Shown: positions 24,231 through 37,543, counted from the whole stretch's first letter. The stretch: DNA of 60,190 nt, filler included, from Sphacelaria rigidula (GCA_964200075.2; 8 parts of 8 records of this genome joined end to end with filler, not necessarily neighbours in it); one strand, 5' to 3'. Notes: generated by a model from the letters alone, not told the origin. A program made the numbers and translations.

Positions 24231-27200
24231 TAATTTAGTAATTTCTTCGTATTTGACGATTTTCTTGGGCTCTTTCGCTTGCCACCGTTCGTCACATCGG
24301 GGATCTGAAGATACTTGCATCCGCTCCACATTCCAAGAGAAAAAAACCGTCTGTACTCAATATTGAGTGACTTACGGGCTCACCGGTCATCCAGGGTTCT
24401 GACACGTTTCAGTCCGGATTCTACCTCTCCGGTATTTTCGGTCGATCGAGACTGTCCCGATTGTATTCGTGGAAGAAATGTAGAGGTTTGGTTTTTTGAA
24501 ATTCTACCTACTCATTGCACTAGGGCCGAAAAACTGTGTTTCACAGTCAATGACACCCTCCTGATAAACGGGGTATTTACTCGTATCGCCCGATAAAACC
24601 AACTGACACTAACTTGGGCGCTGGGGGGGAGGAAGACGATCTGTTCATTTCACCAAAATCTACCCCGCTAGCACTTTGGAGTTCTGTCGAAGAGTAGTCG
24701 CGAGAAAAGACCCTCTTGGACAAAAAATAGTTCAGGCGCCCAGTACTGTAACCACAATTTCAGCGGAAAAGCTACTTAAAAAAACAAGTATTTGGCGACG
24801 TACTGTTAACCCTTTTTGGAACTCACAATGGAAAATTGATCATTTGCAACTGACGTTTTGTTAGCAAGATATGGTTGATGGTTCACAGCTTAGACGCAAC
24901 ATTTTTGGCCCAACGCGTATTTTCCAGACCCGTATGAGTGACAAGTGGAACAAGAGAAGGTTTCCCATTTTCTTGCTGCGGCGAGGTCCAGGACCCGTCG
25001 GCGTTTTTTTTCTACACTCATGAGCTCCTTCCCCGGCCACAGTGCGCGGCAGGCCTCTGTGAAGCATGCCTCCCGCCTGACCTGCACGCCCTGCCCGCTG
25101 CAGTTTATACTATTTGCAGTGTCATAGCAACAAGGGCAACGCCGACGGCACATTCGCTGAATGTATGAACTGGCGGTATGCAATCCCAGGCAGTCACCTT
25201 TCCGTGCCGCCGGGGGTGCTGCGACACTGCCCTGTACAGTACTGGGTGTGTTGACAGCAGTTTGGGGGTAATCTGGACGGCAGACTCACGTCATGCACAA
25301 CATCGCGCTCATGCAGGTTCCGACAGCACCATCCGCCGCTTGAAAAAATGCGTAAAGGCGGCGCAGACGCCATGTGCCCTGCAGTTGTGCACTTTCACTG
25401 AGGTGTAGAGTCTGCCAAGTGCCGTCGCCCCAGGGGTGATGCCTTGCTGCTTCGTGTCATGTCTGTATTTTATTTTGAAAACATCTCTGTAAAACGCGAG
25501 GCATCCACAGAACCGCGCTCTGCCAAGTACGTGCCGACAACATCATACTGCGGGTTGACTATTACACAACGGCGTAGCGAAAGGCACAGTTGCCCCACCA
25601 CAGCTATACCGCGGGTTGCTCGTTCCCGACCGTGGCACAGACATACTTCATGCTGCATGAGATTCATGACGCCGGCTACCGCTATCGTCTCGTGCCGTCT
25701 ACTCTCGTGGCCGACTTTTCACGACATGCTTATATTTATCTTGCACGGAGTGTAGCTGCAAGTCAATACTGTAACCTACTGTGGTCACTGACTGTAGTGT
25801 TTTTAATCTGGCCTGATTACGGTAGGCGGTGTCCGTTGGCTCCCTCCCATGTGCATGTATATTGCCTGTTCGGACGCCTGCGATTACGCTCGACATGTAC
25901 CGCCCGCACAACCCACTGTGCCTTCCACATGTGGTGACGGGATTTCGCTGGCTTCAGCCATACTATGCTGCAGCCCGTCAAAGCGGTGCTTCCCTTATCT
26001 ACAAATGCTAATATACAAACGTGCCAGGTTGGACCCTGAAGCCAATTGCTGTTTTTTTTAATGGAATGTGTCAAAGTGATTTTGCTGATTATTGTCGATG
26101 GATATAATTGGACACACTTCATCAGTTGCGTGGTATGATTGGACAAACCTTACCCAAATTCTCCAGGGAGGACATTCTTCTTCAGTCTTCCATTATAAAA
26201 ATGGTTGCCGTCGGCCTATTCTGTTTCCATGTTTTCCCCTTCGTCAGGGCTTCTCATGATAACGCGTTTCGCCAGGGGACAGGAGGGGAGGGTTCCGAAA
26301 GGGTTCCGAAAGGGTTAATAGGCTTGTATCGTCATCTATCGTCATCTATTAATAATGTTGTTTTTGATGGTATGAGAAACTCTGCTCGTACATCTCACCC
26401 AATCTTTGGATCGTTTCTTACCGCTGTTTGTTTTTGGCAGGGGAGGAGGTGGGGCAGATTTCAGTTTAGGGACATTTGATGCACAGTTTTTAGCCCTCAT
26501 ACAGGAAACATCGAAAATAGCAATCACTTGTCTTTGACAGTGTGCGTCACTCCACGGAGAGAAGCAAAGCCCACTTTTTCGATTCGCTTGACCCCGACGT
26601 TTCAACAATGGCATTTGAACGAAAATACAGCTGGATATGAAAACATGTGAGTAAGATGCGGAAAAATCAAAACAACATTCCAGATCCCTGCAGGCAAGGT
26701 ATTTTGCATTTCCAGCTGTATATTCGTTCAGATGTCATTCATTCTCCAAACCTCGGAGCCAAACGAATCGAAAAAGTGGGCTAGACTCCTCTCGGTGGGG
26801 CGATGCAAGGTGTTCAAGACATGTGATGGCAATATTCCCTGCTTGGGGGCCCAAAACCGTGTCAAGCGTCACCAACGTAGAAATACGACCCCCAAGATAT
26901 ACGAACCGTAAGTAACGGTCTTACGAAGCGGTCATCACGGCGACAAATACGGACCCACTTTTTTGTCGCCTTCAACGTGTGGATCATGCCGCACGTTTTT
27001 TCCGCCGCCTGCGATGAAAAACACGTGCGCTGCAGAACTGCCGTGTGCGGCAAGTCGCACATGCCCACATCGCAAAATATGCGCTTTCATTCATTTTCGA
27101 CTCCAGCCCGTGCGGAGCCGTAACGGCGCAACATCTGTCTGACGCGCTGGTCCGAACCAGGAATGTACGTAACCCACGATTTTCCACATAAAATACCCGT

Positions 27201-27751
27201 AATGACTGCAAGTATCAGGGGACAAAATCGCCCCATCCCCGGGGTTTCAGGCTTGGGTTTTATTTGCTCTTTCGAGCACTGCGGCGGTGTATACCGGAGA
27301 TGTTAAGCTGCGTGTCTGCGCGGTAAAGTTGAATGTGATGGTGCTCCTCTGTAGTACATCTTTATTTTGAAGAATGATGTGTGCTGCGCATTCGTTCACA
27401 GCTCATAGCTGCTAGAGTACTTTTGGTGCTGCTGCTGTCTGCGGGTTGGTATGGCAAACAGTGGAGGCGGTTGAGTGCGTTGTGATGGTGACAATCGCAA
27501 GGAGTGCAGCGCCGCCTTCGAGGCCATCGGGCTCGTTGCTGATGAATATGGGGGTCTGCAAGGATCCCCATGACTCAGATGCCACGATGTGTTGTCTTTG
27601 TGTGAAGTGTAACGTGGTCTGGTGTGTGCCCTGTGTGCTGTGCGTAGGATTTTTTTTAATCGGGAGGAGCCTCTCAGTTGTTGCCCGGGGTATATATAGG
27701 GGGGCACCGTGAGTTGGAAGAACCCGGAATAACTCTGGACAACCCATGTAA

Positions 27752-28316
27752 GACCATCTTTTATGGGAACCAATATCGATTTTTCATATATAAGGACTTC
27801 ACCCGGCCTATAGGCGATTTTCTCCTGTGGATAGATTTTTTCGGACCCCAGTCCGTTGGGCAATGTTTTCGGCTATAATAGCTGTGAGCAAACCAGATAA
27901 AATCTCCGACTTTCTGGACGTTTATTTTTGGTATACCACCTGCCTGCTCAAAACGGGAGACTCCAGCAGCTCCCTCTGTTAGCAAAAAAATCGAGAAAAA
28001 AAATTCGGGAAAAAATCGGGGAAGATGCGGGAGTCTCGCGATTTGAGCAGAAATGTAGTTTACCAAAAGTAAACGTCCAGAAAATCGGAGAGTTGATCTG
28101 GTTTTCTCACAGCTAGCTGAAAAACATCGCCCAATGGACTGGGGGGGCGTACTCATTTGTTGCTTGCCTTAGTCATTTGACCATTGACCACGCATCCCTT
28201 TCGAGACGGAGCAACTGGGGTCCGGAAAATCACTCCACGGGAGAAAATCGTCTGGAGACGGGCTGAAATCCTCATAATTGTAAAAGTCGAGATTGGTTGC
28301 CATAAAAGATGGTCTA
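27752..28316. mobile_element. Long foldback element (~225-bp arms)
   Basis: AGACCATCTTTTATGG...ACTTTCTGGACGTTTA ... TAAACGTCCAGAAA...CCATAAAAGATGGTCT. Confidence 0.75.
28141..28213. repeat. ~72-bp G-tract-anchored element inserted in a foldback arm with ACT(GGGG) duplication
   Basis: Opposite foldback arm gives the empty site GGACTGGGGTCC; the filled site has ACTGGGG on both sides. Confidence 0.85.
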
Positions 28317-31300
28317 ACCTACCCGCCAACCTCACAGCCGGTAATAGCCTGTACCGGGCCATGTACATCCCTGATCGCTGGTCCGAACAGCACAGGGTAT
28401 CTAATAATAGGTCAGTTGAGAAACGATCATTCTGGATATCACGGAGAAATTGTTGTTCTTCACGGCGGGAGTACAGACGGTGAATCGCGATCTATACAGA
28501 ACTCTACAGTATCAATCTGGGTGCCTCGTGAATCGATTGTCAGCCGCCGAACTAACCGTTGTCTGCCTCTTGCACATGCAGGTCTAGGGTGGGCCCTCTA
28601 TTATGCCCACACCTGTGAGAGAGGTTAGAGGCGGCAAAAATGAGAACAGTACGAGTTTTTGTTCTGACTAACATGATACCTTCCAACGGTATCAGAAAGT
28701 AGGAATGAACGAGGACTCTGGGCAAGATGGTGGCAGACACGCTGATCTTGTTGTCTTCTGACGGTACTACCACTGTCCGTGTAGTTGTGCGAATAGCATA
28801 TACTGTTGTCGTACCACAGCGGAACGACATGCCAATACGGCTCTGTCTGTATGCCTGTCACGCAGCTCATGCTGTGTGCGCGAAGGGACTTCCGTGCTGG
28901 CGGCGAGGAACAACCCGGTAAGAGCACATATTCTGCGGTGTTACTAAAGACAATAATACCCCAAACCGTATTGTGGTAAGCGTATGGTCATGATCTGTCT
29001 AACACGTGGGTCCTTTGGCAGTGCAGGATCTATCGTATCGAGCAAATCGCGGCTAGACAAACGGAATGAGGGGTGCTATACCCCGTTACCTACATTGCAA
29101 TTCCCCGCCCACAGTATTCTGACCTGTAATACTATCACGACCAGCTGCACTACGTCCCAGATGAGCTCACCACAATCGCTAGCAACTCGGGAAGAATTGG
29201 TGCTCACAGGGGGAAGGAATCCACGTTTTGTCCCCGCCACCGTAATATTCCGCGTCGTGGACCACCTCGTGCGCTAGGTTGCAGTTCTATTGGCAAATGT
29301 TACAATATTGGTTGTCATATTCGATCTATGTCGAATCCATACCCGTTTGTGTTAAGCAACATGAACTCGTGTCGCACACCACACGAGATAATAAATAATT
29401 TGTTTCATAGCACCAGAATATATGGGACGACAACACAACACACACACACATAGCACCACTCCTCTTTTCCCGTCTTCTCGCTTGACCGTTCCGATTTGAA
29501 CGCCCTCACTTATTTATGTTACTGTCCAGGTCGTTAATGTGACGAGTACAACCCAGGATCGCTTAGCCGTGAGGTTGGACGATCTTGGATTTCCTCCCAC
29601 CATCATGATTATGATCATCGATGGGTCGCGCAGGGATCAGAGATGGTAATAATGACGTGCGACTATCAGTCGACCCAACAACAAAAAATGAAGACAGCAA
29701 TCAATCATGATGTTAGGATAACGTAACCAAGACGCCTTACTGTGAGACACATCCATGGTAGTCAAGGCCTAAGTGTTGTGGGTCCAAGCTTACTGGCTTG
29801 ACCCTTAGACCGGAAGGGTAGGTCACCTGCTGAATCGGCATCAATTTTCACTTGGAAAAAGTGAACATGTTCCAGATGGACTACCCGCATCGCGGTCCAA
29901 GGGTTAAATCGAAGACTCGAACAAAATAATGTAAGTATTCCGACTGGAAGTGCATGCGCTTTTTTACAGTAGTAGCCTTTAAACAGCCGATCATCTATGT
30001 TGACGATGGTGCTTTTCATTGAGGATGAGAACCCGGAGGATTAAAATNNNNNNNNNNNNNNNNNNNNNNNNNNNNNNNNNNNNNNNNNNNNTTAATTAAT
30101 TAANNNNNNNNNNNNNNNNNNNNNNNNNNNNNNNNNNNNNNNNNNNNCGAGCTGATTTGGTAAATTTGACGAGTTATGGTTGGAGATGCAAATGCGGCAC
30201 TTACTGCTGGCCCAGCCTGTACGAAAAATGAAAAATCATCGGAGGGATATTGCACCCCTCGAAATTGACACTCATAACCAACTGAGCCTATAATGACGCG
30301 GGAGGAAGGGCGTACTCATTTGTTGCTTGCCTTGGTCGTTTGACGATTGACCATAAAATGACGCAGGGGCGTGAGGGATGGATGAGGAGGCTATTTTTAA
30401 TCCAAGTATTTCGGAGTTAGGCGGCCCGCCGTCATTATGCCTCTAAACTAGAGTGGACTGAAGTGATGAGCGTTTTGTCTACATGTTGTGAGTCGATTTG
30501 GAGCAAGACTGTATCAAGCCAGCGAAACGGACTGGCTGGGTATCAAAAGAATGGAGGAGAGATGAGCCAACTTGCAGAGTTGCGTCGAGAGCACGCCACA
30601 CTCTCATATAATCGGATAGGGTGCATCGGTCCACCTCTGCAACCTACACCTGTGCCTGCAGAAGCCCCCAGAGTGATGCCCAGCTGTTTTTCGGTCATGG
30701 TGGATTATTTTCGTTTTAAACACCAATTGTAGGGGGTGGTGCTGAAAGATATTTTATCCATTGCTTCATGTGGTGGACGGTTTCCCTGGTAACGTTTGGT
30801 AGGCTCGGGCGTATGCTGTGCTCTATTAATGTTGAGCCGTGGACAGGAATTCTTACTCCCACCAGCACGTGGTTTGACGCCCTGTCTATGGATTGTCGAG
30901 CGACGCATTGCTCGTTGTTGGCAAGTCTCTCTCGGACTATTCGTTGATGTAACCCTCGCCCAATCAAAACGGTAAAGACGGTGGAGTGGCAGCAAGAAGT
31001 AACATCGAAATCTCTGCGTCGATGGGAAAGGGTTGATGGAGTCTCAGTATGACCTGTGCCATGATACCACTCTTCTTTTTACAGTCAGATTCAGCTCTCC
31101 GCCCGATTTCGAGTCTCCGTCTTCCTTGTTTATGCTGCTTGCATCTGTACTTGTGTTTCCGACTGGTGGAAAGATACCCCGTATTCCCTCGTTGAACGTC
31201 TAATGAACATTGCAGAGGCTGGTGCTTGAGCGATCTGTTGTGCGTACATTTTCCGAAAAAATCAACTCGGGGAATCTCTGCTCCCCTCGAAGCTTTTGTC

Positions 31301-31443
31301 GAGACCTCACTGCTGCATTCGCCCGCGCCCGACCATAGGGCGAACTGCCGACCATCGAAGCAAGAGAACAAAGGTCTAGGGTGTACAACCCTTCAAATCA
31401 ACAAACGGTTGCTCCACAATGCTCCTACTATTCAACACCGCAG

Positions 31444-31621
31444 GTTCATCGAGAGAAAAGGGGGAAGCAAGGCGGCTATTGAAGGTCGCGGAGGAGACCA
31501 ACCGAAGTTCGACCTGCTCACGGAAAACGGTAATTGGCGCCTCATATTCACTACCGGAGACATGAAGACCCAGAAGAAGATAGGCGGGAAGATTTCTTAC
31601 GTGCCGATAAAGGCAGTTCAG
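31444..31621 (+). CDS. PAP/fibrillin-like plastid lipid-associated protein, internal exon (upstream exons not identified)
   Basis: CCGCAG acceptor; encodes FIERKGGSKAAIEGRGGDQPKFDLLTENGNWRLIFTTGDMKTQKKIGGKISYVPIKAVQ with the G-x-W-R-L-x-F-T-T motif; CAG|GTGCGG donor, phase 0. Confidence 0.85.
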
Positions 31622-31752
31622 GTGCGGACATGTTTTGCGCATTTCAGTAATTACAGCTGAGGTGTTCGACTTCGTGGGCGGTTGTCTGCGGAGCTCAGTG
31701 AGATTTCGCCCATGTGTAGCTCAAGTTTCCGCAGGAGATGTTGGCGGGATTG

Positions 31753-33818
31753 CAGGGGTCTACACGTTACACGTGCCACAGCGTTACACGTTACGTTTTG
31801 GCCCAAATGTAACGTGAACGTTGAAAAAAAATACGTGATGAACGTAACGTGAATGTAACGTTAAATTTTCAAATGAAATGTTAACGTGACGTTGAAAACG
31901 TTCAGCGTGACATACGTATCGTAACGTGAACGTCAAATTGCCCAAGCGTTCAAATAACGTAATATGTAACATTACGTGTAAAGTGTAACGTCTAATACAC
32001 GTTACACGCGCATTAGATGTCACACGTTACACGTAACGTTACTTGTTACGTTACACGTTACATGTTACATGAAACGTCATGCACAGGTCACATGAAGCAG
32101 TGAAACTTCAAGTTTGCGATGAATTCTAAAATCCCAGAAGCTTTGCTTTAATAAACACGAGTGAGTTTGAATGACCATGGTATAGGTATGGTGCTGTTGC
32201 AGCAATTTCGCGCTCTCCCCACCACACCTCACATTCCAGGTTATTGTTGCAGCACTGCATCATGACATCATAATTACCTCGACCACATTCAATGCTACTT
32301 GTTACGTATAAGAAAACACGTTGTCAGAAAAGCCGTTTTTCAACAGCGCGATTTTCCGCACAATTTTTCAAAGTAGCCCTTCTTACGTGATCGACGCACT
32401 GTCAAAATTGGAAACGCAGTGTTCATCGTTTCCTATGAGGTGTGCAGGCATAATATCAACTTCTGGGGCGCGCGAGAGAGACGCAGCACTTTCCTGTCAT
32501 GTAGTGTACGGTCCGTGCTGACTCTTTGTACTACTGTGATATATCGCCTGAGCCATACATGTTGGGCTGCGTGACGCAAGACGATCAATACGAACACCGC
32601 CTTGCTGTACAAATTGACTGTAGAAGTGACGGTTGTGCTTTTTCATTGCACGGTAGTACTTGGGTTAAAGGACAGCACGGACAACAGTACATACAACAGT
32701 ACTATATTGTATGCATTGACTGTAGTGATGGCTTCACTGCCATCACCACTGCTGTCGCTGGTGCTCGCGGGCAGTCAGCGTGTTGCTTTACTGTCCTTCG
32801 CTCACCAGTAGCGTGATGGGCCTTACCCCCATGAGGACAGAACAGGGCAGGGTCGATGACGAGTGCTGTACAGACACTCTGTATGTAGTTTGCACAGTAT
32901 TGTAGCTCAGTTCAGGTCTGTGCATGCAGCGTGTTGCAGACAGCACTCGAATGCAGTACAGATTGCCCAACCACCCAAGCCCTGCAGACACTACAGCAGT
33001 AGCACTGCTTATACTGTGGTCTTGTGTGTACCGTCTGTGCAGTCCTGCCTCTACAAGTCTTGGGTGCGTGGGCAGTCTATACTGCATTGTGAGTGCTCTT
33101 CGCAACACGCCGCATGCACAGACCTGAACTGCGAACTACAATACTGTCTCTACAAACTACATACAGAGTGTTTGTACAGCGCTCGTCATCCACCCTGCCC
33201 TGTGCTGTTCTCATGGGGTAAAGAGCCACCATGGTACTGTTGAGCGAAGGACAAAGAAGCAACACTCTGACTGCCCGCGAACACCAGCGACAGCAGTGGT
33301 GATGGCAGCCGAGCGACCATGACTGCTGTCGTGGGCTAGAGGGTGTGTTGGCGTGCGGCGGGATTGCATACGCGTTTTCAAAAAAAGTTGGGATTTTCTA
33401 ATGAATTTGGGCTATCGAAAAATGTTATTTGAAAAAACGCGTTTTCTGATAAAAGAAGAAGTGGGTTTTTGGTCATTTATCAGAAAACGCGTATTTTTAT
33501 AGAGGGTTTTTCATACTTGAGTTGTAGCCGACGGGTCACCGTCAGCGTCACGTACACGGTAACATCACGTGTTACACGACACGTTAAAACGCCTTCAACA
33601 CTGGTGAATGAGCCGCGACATGCACAGAATGAAACGTTACATTCGAGCGTTACACGTTACATGTAACGCAACGTAACGTTGTGTTTTTTTTACGTGATGA
33701 ACTGAACGTTAGAATTCATTGAACGTTACATACGCCACGTAACGTGAACGCCGTTTTTTTTCACGTGATGAACGTAACGCAAACGTGTAACGTGTAACGT
33801 GTAACGTGTAGACCCCTG
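31753..33818. mobile_element. ~2.07-kb non-autonomous hAT-like element inside an intron of the PAP/fibrillin-like gene
   Basis: Perfect 21-bp TIR CAGGGGTCTACACGTTACACG; dense subterminal GTTACAC/GTAACGT motifs at both ends; no TSD recognisable. Confidence 0.8.
32737..33308. repeat. ~570-bp imperfect inverted repeat (foldback)
   Basis: 27-bp perfect base stem CTGCCATCACCACTGCTGTCGCTGGTG and ~250-bp imperfect arms; right arm plus flank resembles 1215-1600. Confidence 0.85.
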
Positions 33819-34279
33819 TTTTTTGGCGGCAATAACCCAAGGGTCGGATGAATGACGATTCGTCTCGACATTGCTTGCTTTTAGTGCAGTTGGTTGGTAC
33901 TGAACGAGTCAATCCTCGGGCTTTGTTTTCATCGTTACATCCCAGGTACCCGCACCCCAGGCACGTGGAATTGCGCACAATTTACACGGGGATGCTTTTG
34001 ACCAGCGGTCAACTTTTCTCTCCTCTTTTCGGGCAATTAGACCCCAGGAATCCTTCGTTTGGTGACTCTAACCATTGGTGATTCGCCCGAAGCTTGCAAT
34101 ATTCAAGTGCCACACCAGATTATTTGAAACTGGCAACAGCACCGCCTGATATCGCGTCTCGATGGTATTTGGCTGCTTGTTTACACGTGCTGTATCTTTC
34201 GTTGACCGCAGTACCACAGTGCGTTGCCAGCGTGCTTCCTGAACTCGCCTACATGCATACATGCCGGTGGTCAACTCAG

Positions 34280-34402
34280 GTGTTCAACCCCGACTACACC
34301 ATCACGAACGGGATATATTTGGGCTCGTTTCCGGTGCTAAAATTTGCGGGGACCTTCACCTGGGCGGAGGAAAAGGCGCGTCTGGAGTTTACGTTCAACA
34401 AG
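34280..34402 (+). CDS. PAP/fibrillin-like protein, internal exon
   Basis: CTCAG acceptor; 41 codons VFNPDYTITNGIYLGSFPVLKFAGTFTWAEEKARLEFTFNK, in phase with both neighbouring exons; ends at AAG|GCAAGA (GC donor). Confidence 0.85.
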
Positions 34403-35018
34403 GCAAGAGAGACTTTCGGATATGCTCTTGTTAGAGCTCAGAATTGGTTTGTCTCAACATTAACCAGTGAAGTGGTACACAATAGTTTAGTCATCAAGCG
34501 GCGCAGCCGCGAACCAATGAGTCCCCCCCCCCCCCCCCGGAGGGCCCCGCTGGAGACGCCGTGCCGAGGCACGTATTGAGCGATTTGGCTTCACTAGACC
34601 TAAAAAAATACGTCGAAATTGGGTCAATTTTCAAGGGCTGTATGTAGCGTACGTAGCCGGTAACGGCTTATAAAGCCGATAACGGTAAAAAATGGTTTGA
34701 AACAATCATCCAGAATTTTCATATAACCGTCACCATTATTACCATTGTAATGATAATGGCCAGTTATAGCTGGTACCATATCCGAGCTCTAGCTTTTGTT
34801 CTTCCATGACAGAGGCGCTCGGGTTCTCGTTGCACAACGCCGACGGGCACGTTGTATCTGCCACTTCTATGGATCATCTTGAGCGCCCACGTGGAAGCCG
34901 CACTTCCTTACTGGTGAGGCCATAACCTGGTGAGTGTACATGAAGCTCACGCAAAAACGGATGCAAACTGATTTCTGTTGCGTCCGTTCACTGCTGTTCT
35001 CCTTCGTGCTGTGCTCAG

Positions 35019-35168
35019 GTTGCTGTTCTTGGGTTGGAGTTCCCCTACAACCAAGGCGAGAGCAAGGTCCAACCGGGTTTCACCTTCATGGACATATCAG
35101 ATCGATACGTCATCGCTCGGGGTGCAGGCGGGGGGCTGGCTCTTTGGCTGCGACAAGACACTGTCTAA
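35019..35168 (+). CDS. PAP/fibrillin-like protein, terminal exon
   Basis: Branch-like ACTGAT, pyrimidine tract and CTCAG acceptor; VAVLGLEFPYNQGESKVQPGFTFMDISDRYVIARGAGGGLALWLRQDTV-TAA with the fibrillin-type D-x4-A-R-G-x-G-G-x-L C-terminal motif. Confidence 0.88.
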   Translation, partial: VAVLGLEFPYNQGESKVQPGFTFMDISDRYVIARGAGGGLALWLRQDTV

Positions 35169-35639
35169 TATTTTACGAGGCTTGATGTGGAGACAGTCAC
35201 GAAGTTGTTTTTTCCCAGAGGGGGTGCACGTGAACAATCGTACTGAATGCTTGAATATCGTAAACGGGGATATAGGGCGAGCAGTTGGTATATACAGATA
35301 CAGTAGATGCTGACAGGTTTCTGAGGCTAGAGCTGGGTGGGGGCGTGAACAGATGTTTGTTTGTTTTTCACGGCGTGCAGAAGGAGGAATATCCTGTAGT
35401 GCCGGTTGAGCGTCAATGTTTCGTTGTTTGTGGCGGGAGAAAGGGGCTGCGGGAGAGGATGAGCCAGTTTATTTAGTGCTCCAGTCCTCGGTAAAATCGA
35501 ACCGGTCTCGTTCCGGTAATTTATCGAAGCAGAAGTTATTTATTGCTTGCTTGACTAGTATATCAATTTAAACGCATGCGTGCAAAAGGTGATTGTCCAC
35601 GACAGACACTAGCAGGATTTTTCCCATTTCATGTATGCT

Positions 35640-36008
35640 GGTCGCCCCGGTGGCTCACTTTCCAACCTCGAAATCATCTGACGGCTGGCATATTGGTTCA
35701 AACCTCGGTGCAGTCACACGATCTGGAGGGGGGGGGTTCACACCATGTCCAACAGTTGAGGGCGACTATGTCGTGGGTACTCAAAGTTCAATTTCACGGT
35801 TTACCAGGGGAAAAGATCGCTGAGCCCTTCTCGCATTCAAAAAAGGGACAACCACCGCAGAAGAAAGACGGAGGGCTAGAACAAAATCAAAAGAAAAAAC
35901 TCAAACAAATCCTGTGTTGACCTTTCTCCCGTGTGACCCCGGCTGATACGTCCACATATACCGATAGTGTAGACTAGCGTCCGGAATAGATGGGATGACA
36001 ACACACAT
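35640..36008 (+). mobile_element. tRNA-derived SINE copy
   Basis: GGTCGCCCCGGTGGCTCAC head, GGTTCAAACC B-box, same body, GACAACACAC tail. Confidence 0.85.
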
Positions 36009-37506
36009 ATGTGGTAGTATCCGCGTCACATACACCCGTTTTATGACCCTCTTCACACGTTCAAGAAGAGGTCTGCAGAGGTAACTTTTTCTGCCGGCTA
36101 GCAGTGATGATATTTGTACACCTTTCTTCACATAGAGCTGCCAAGTCAACAATGTCCATAGTAGACTTTCCTGTGACTTTGCGGACTCTGCTTGCTGGTC
36201 ACCCGGCAGTTTTGTGGTACGCCACCTACGTCACAACTCACCATTACCCGTTGAAGGGTACGGTTCCGTACAGGTGTACACACTGCGGCGGAATTTGGCT
36301 TATCGTTGTCACACGTTCGAGTAAGCACAAAACCTGAGTTTTTCGAATTTTCTCGTTCCTTGAAAGCCCAACTGTCTTTTGTAGATCACGGGGCCAACCC
36401 GCCCCGATCGCTACATGGCCCCCTTGTGGACTATGCGCGACATTTCGAAGTCGCAGAACGTACATATGTATGCTGGAGATATAAACCTGGCTTACCCAAT
36501 CTTCTTTTTCTTACTGTACGGGGATGCATTGTTGATGCTGTTCCGATCGATACGAAAGACTTGTACTCTTTCCCTCAGTGAAGAAATCACATGCACGAAA
36601 TGATACATGCGGATCCAACCCATCCAAGGAATAGCAGAAAGAGGAAAGAAAAAGGGATGGCAAAAAGGGGAGGATCGCCCCCTAAGAACCAAGCACCAAT
36701 TATGGTTTGATCTTCAGCGGTGTCAAATACGAGTACCTGCGAGTACTTCTGGTCACAAGAAAATCATGTTTGCTGGAAACCCTGTGACGATGCAGACACG
36801 CCCGTTTAAACTGTTTTGTGTGCCATCCAAGATACACTGAGAACGAGGCATCTGAAATTGTACCACTTGGATGCATTCTGTCTGGGGTTTTTTCGCCTTG
36901 TGTCTTTGTTTCAGACAGAGGGAAACTTCTTCATCAAGATCCCACAAAAGTTTCGTACGTTTGGTACCTCAGCTGCAGAGTAAAACTTCTTGGGGTATTC
37001 ATCCGTAGACCGCGAGTTAAACGAGCGCGTAGGCATGGTCAGTCTTCCCGAAAAATATTCATGGTAACGTGTACTCACGTTTGGCACAGTTTGAGAGGTC
37101 ATATCGTGTTCATTCATTTATGAAATACCCCATCTCTCCTCCGCAATTCGACCACAACTAGCACAAAGTTAGTTGTCTAAGGACTGGTGCAAGGTTACTA
37201 GCCGGCTGGATTTGAATAGGTGGGGTCTCCCCTTTACGGTCAATTTTCGGCCGATTCTAGAATTTGAATACGACCCTCATCTCACGGAACTACGCCTTGA
37301 CTTCAGGGTTTTTTTCTTGCGTCGGTTTGGTGGGAGCTGGGATTCGAACCCTGGACCTTCTGTTCACGAAGCGTACAGAGCAATATCACTGGTGTCGCCA
37401 ATGTGAAAAGGCGAATTCCTCGACAGATACTTGGCGGGGGGTGGGGGTAGTGTCCACACCTGGATTGATGTATATTGAACTCGCTTGGGCGGGTATGTGC
37501 GTATGT

Positions 37507-37543
<37 letters not shown>

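Noticed and set aside
28640-29650. Possible 5' exons (transit-peptide-like SVLAARNNP|GTAAGA) for the PAP/fibrillin-like gene
   Set aside because: They lie on a different contig across an artificial spacer, with no homology support
36338-37117. Minus-strand multi-exon gene
   Set aside because: Would need a 23-nt intron; no recognisable motifs
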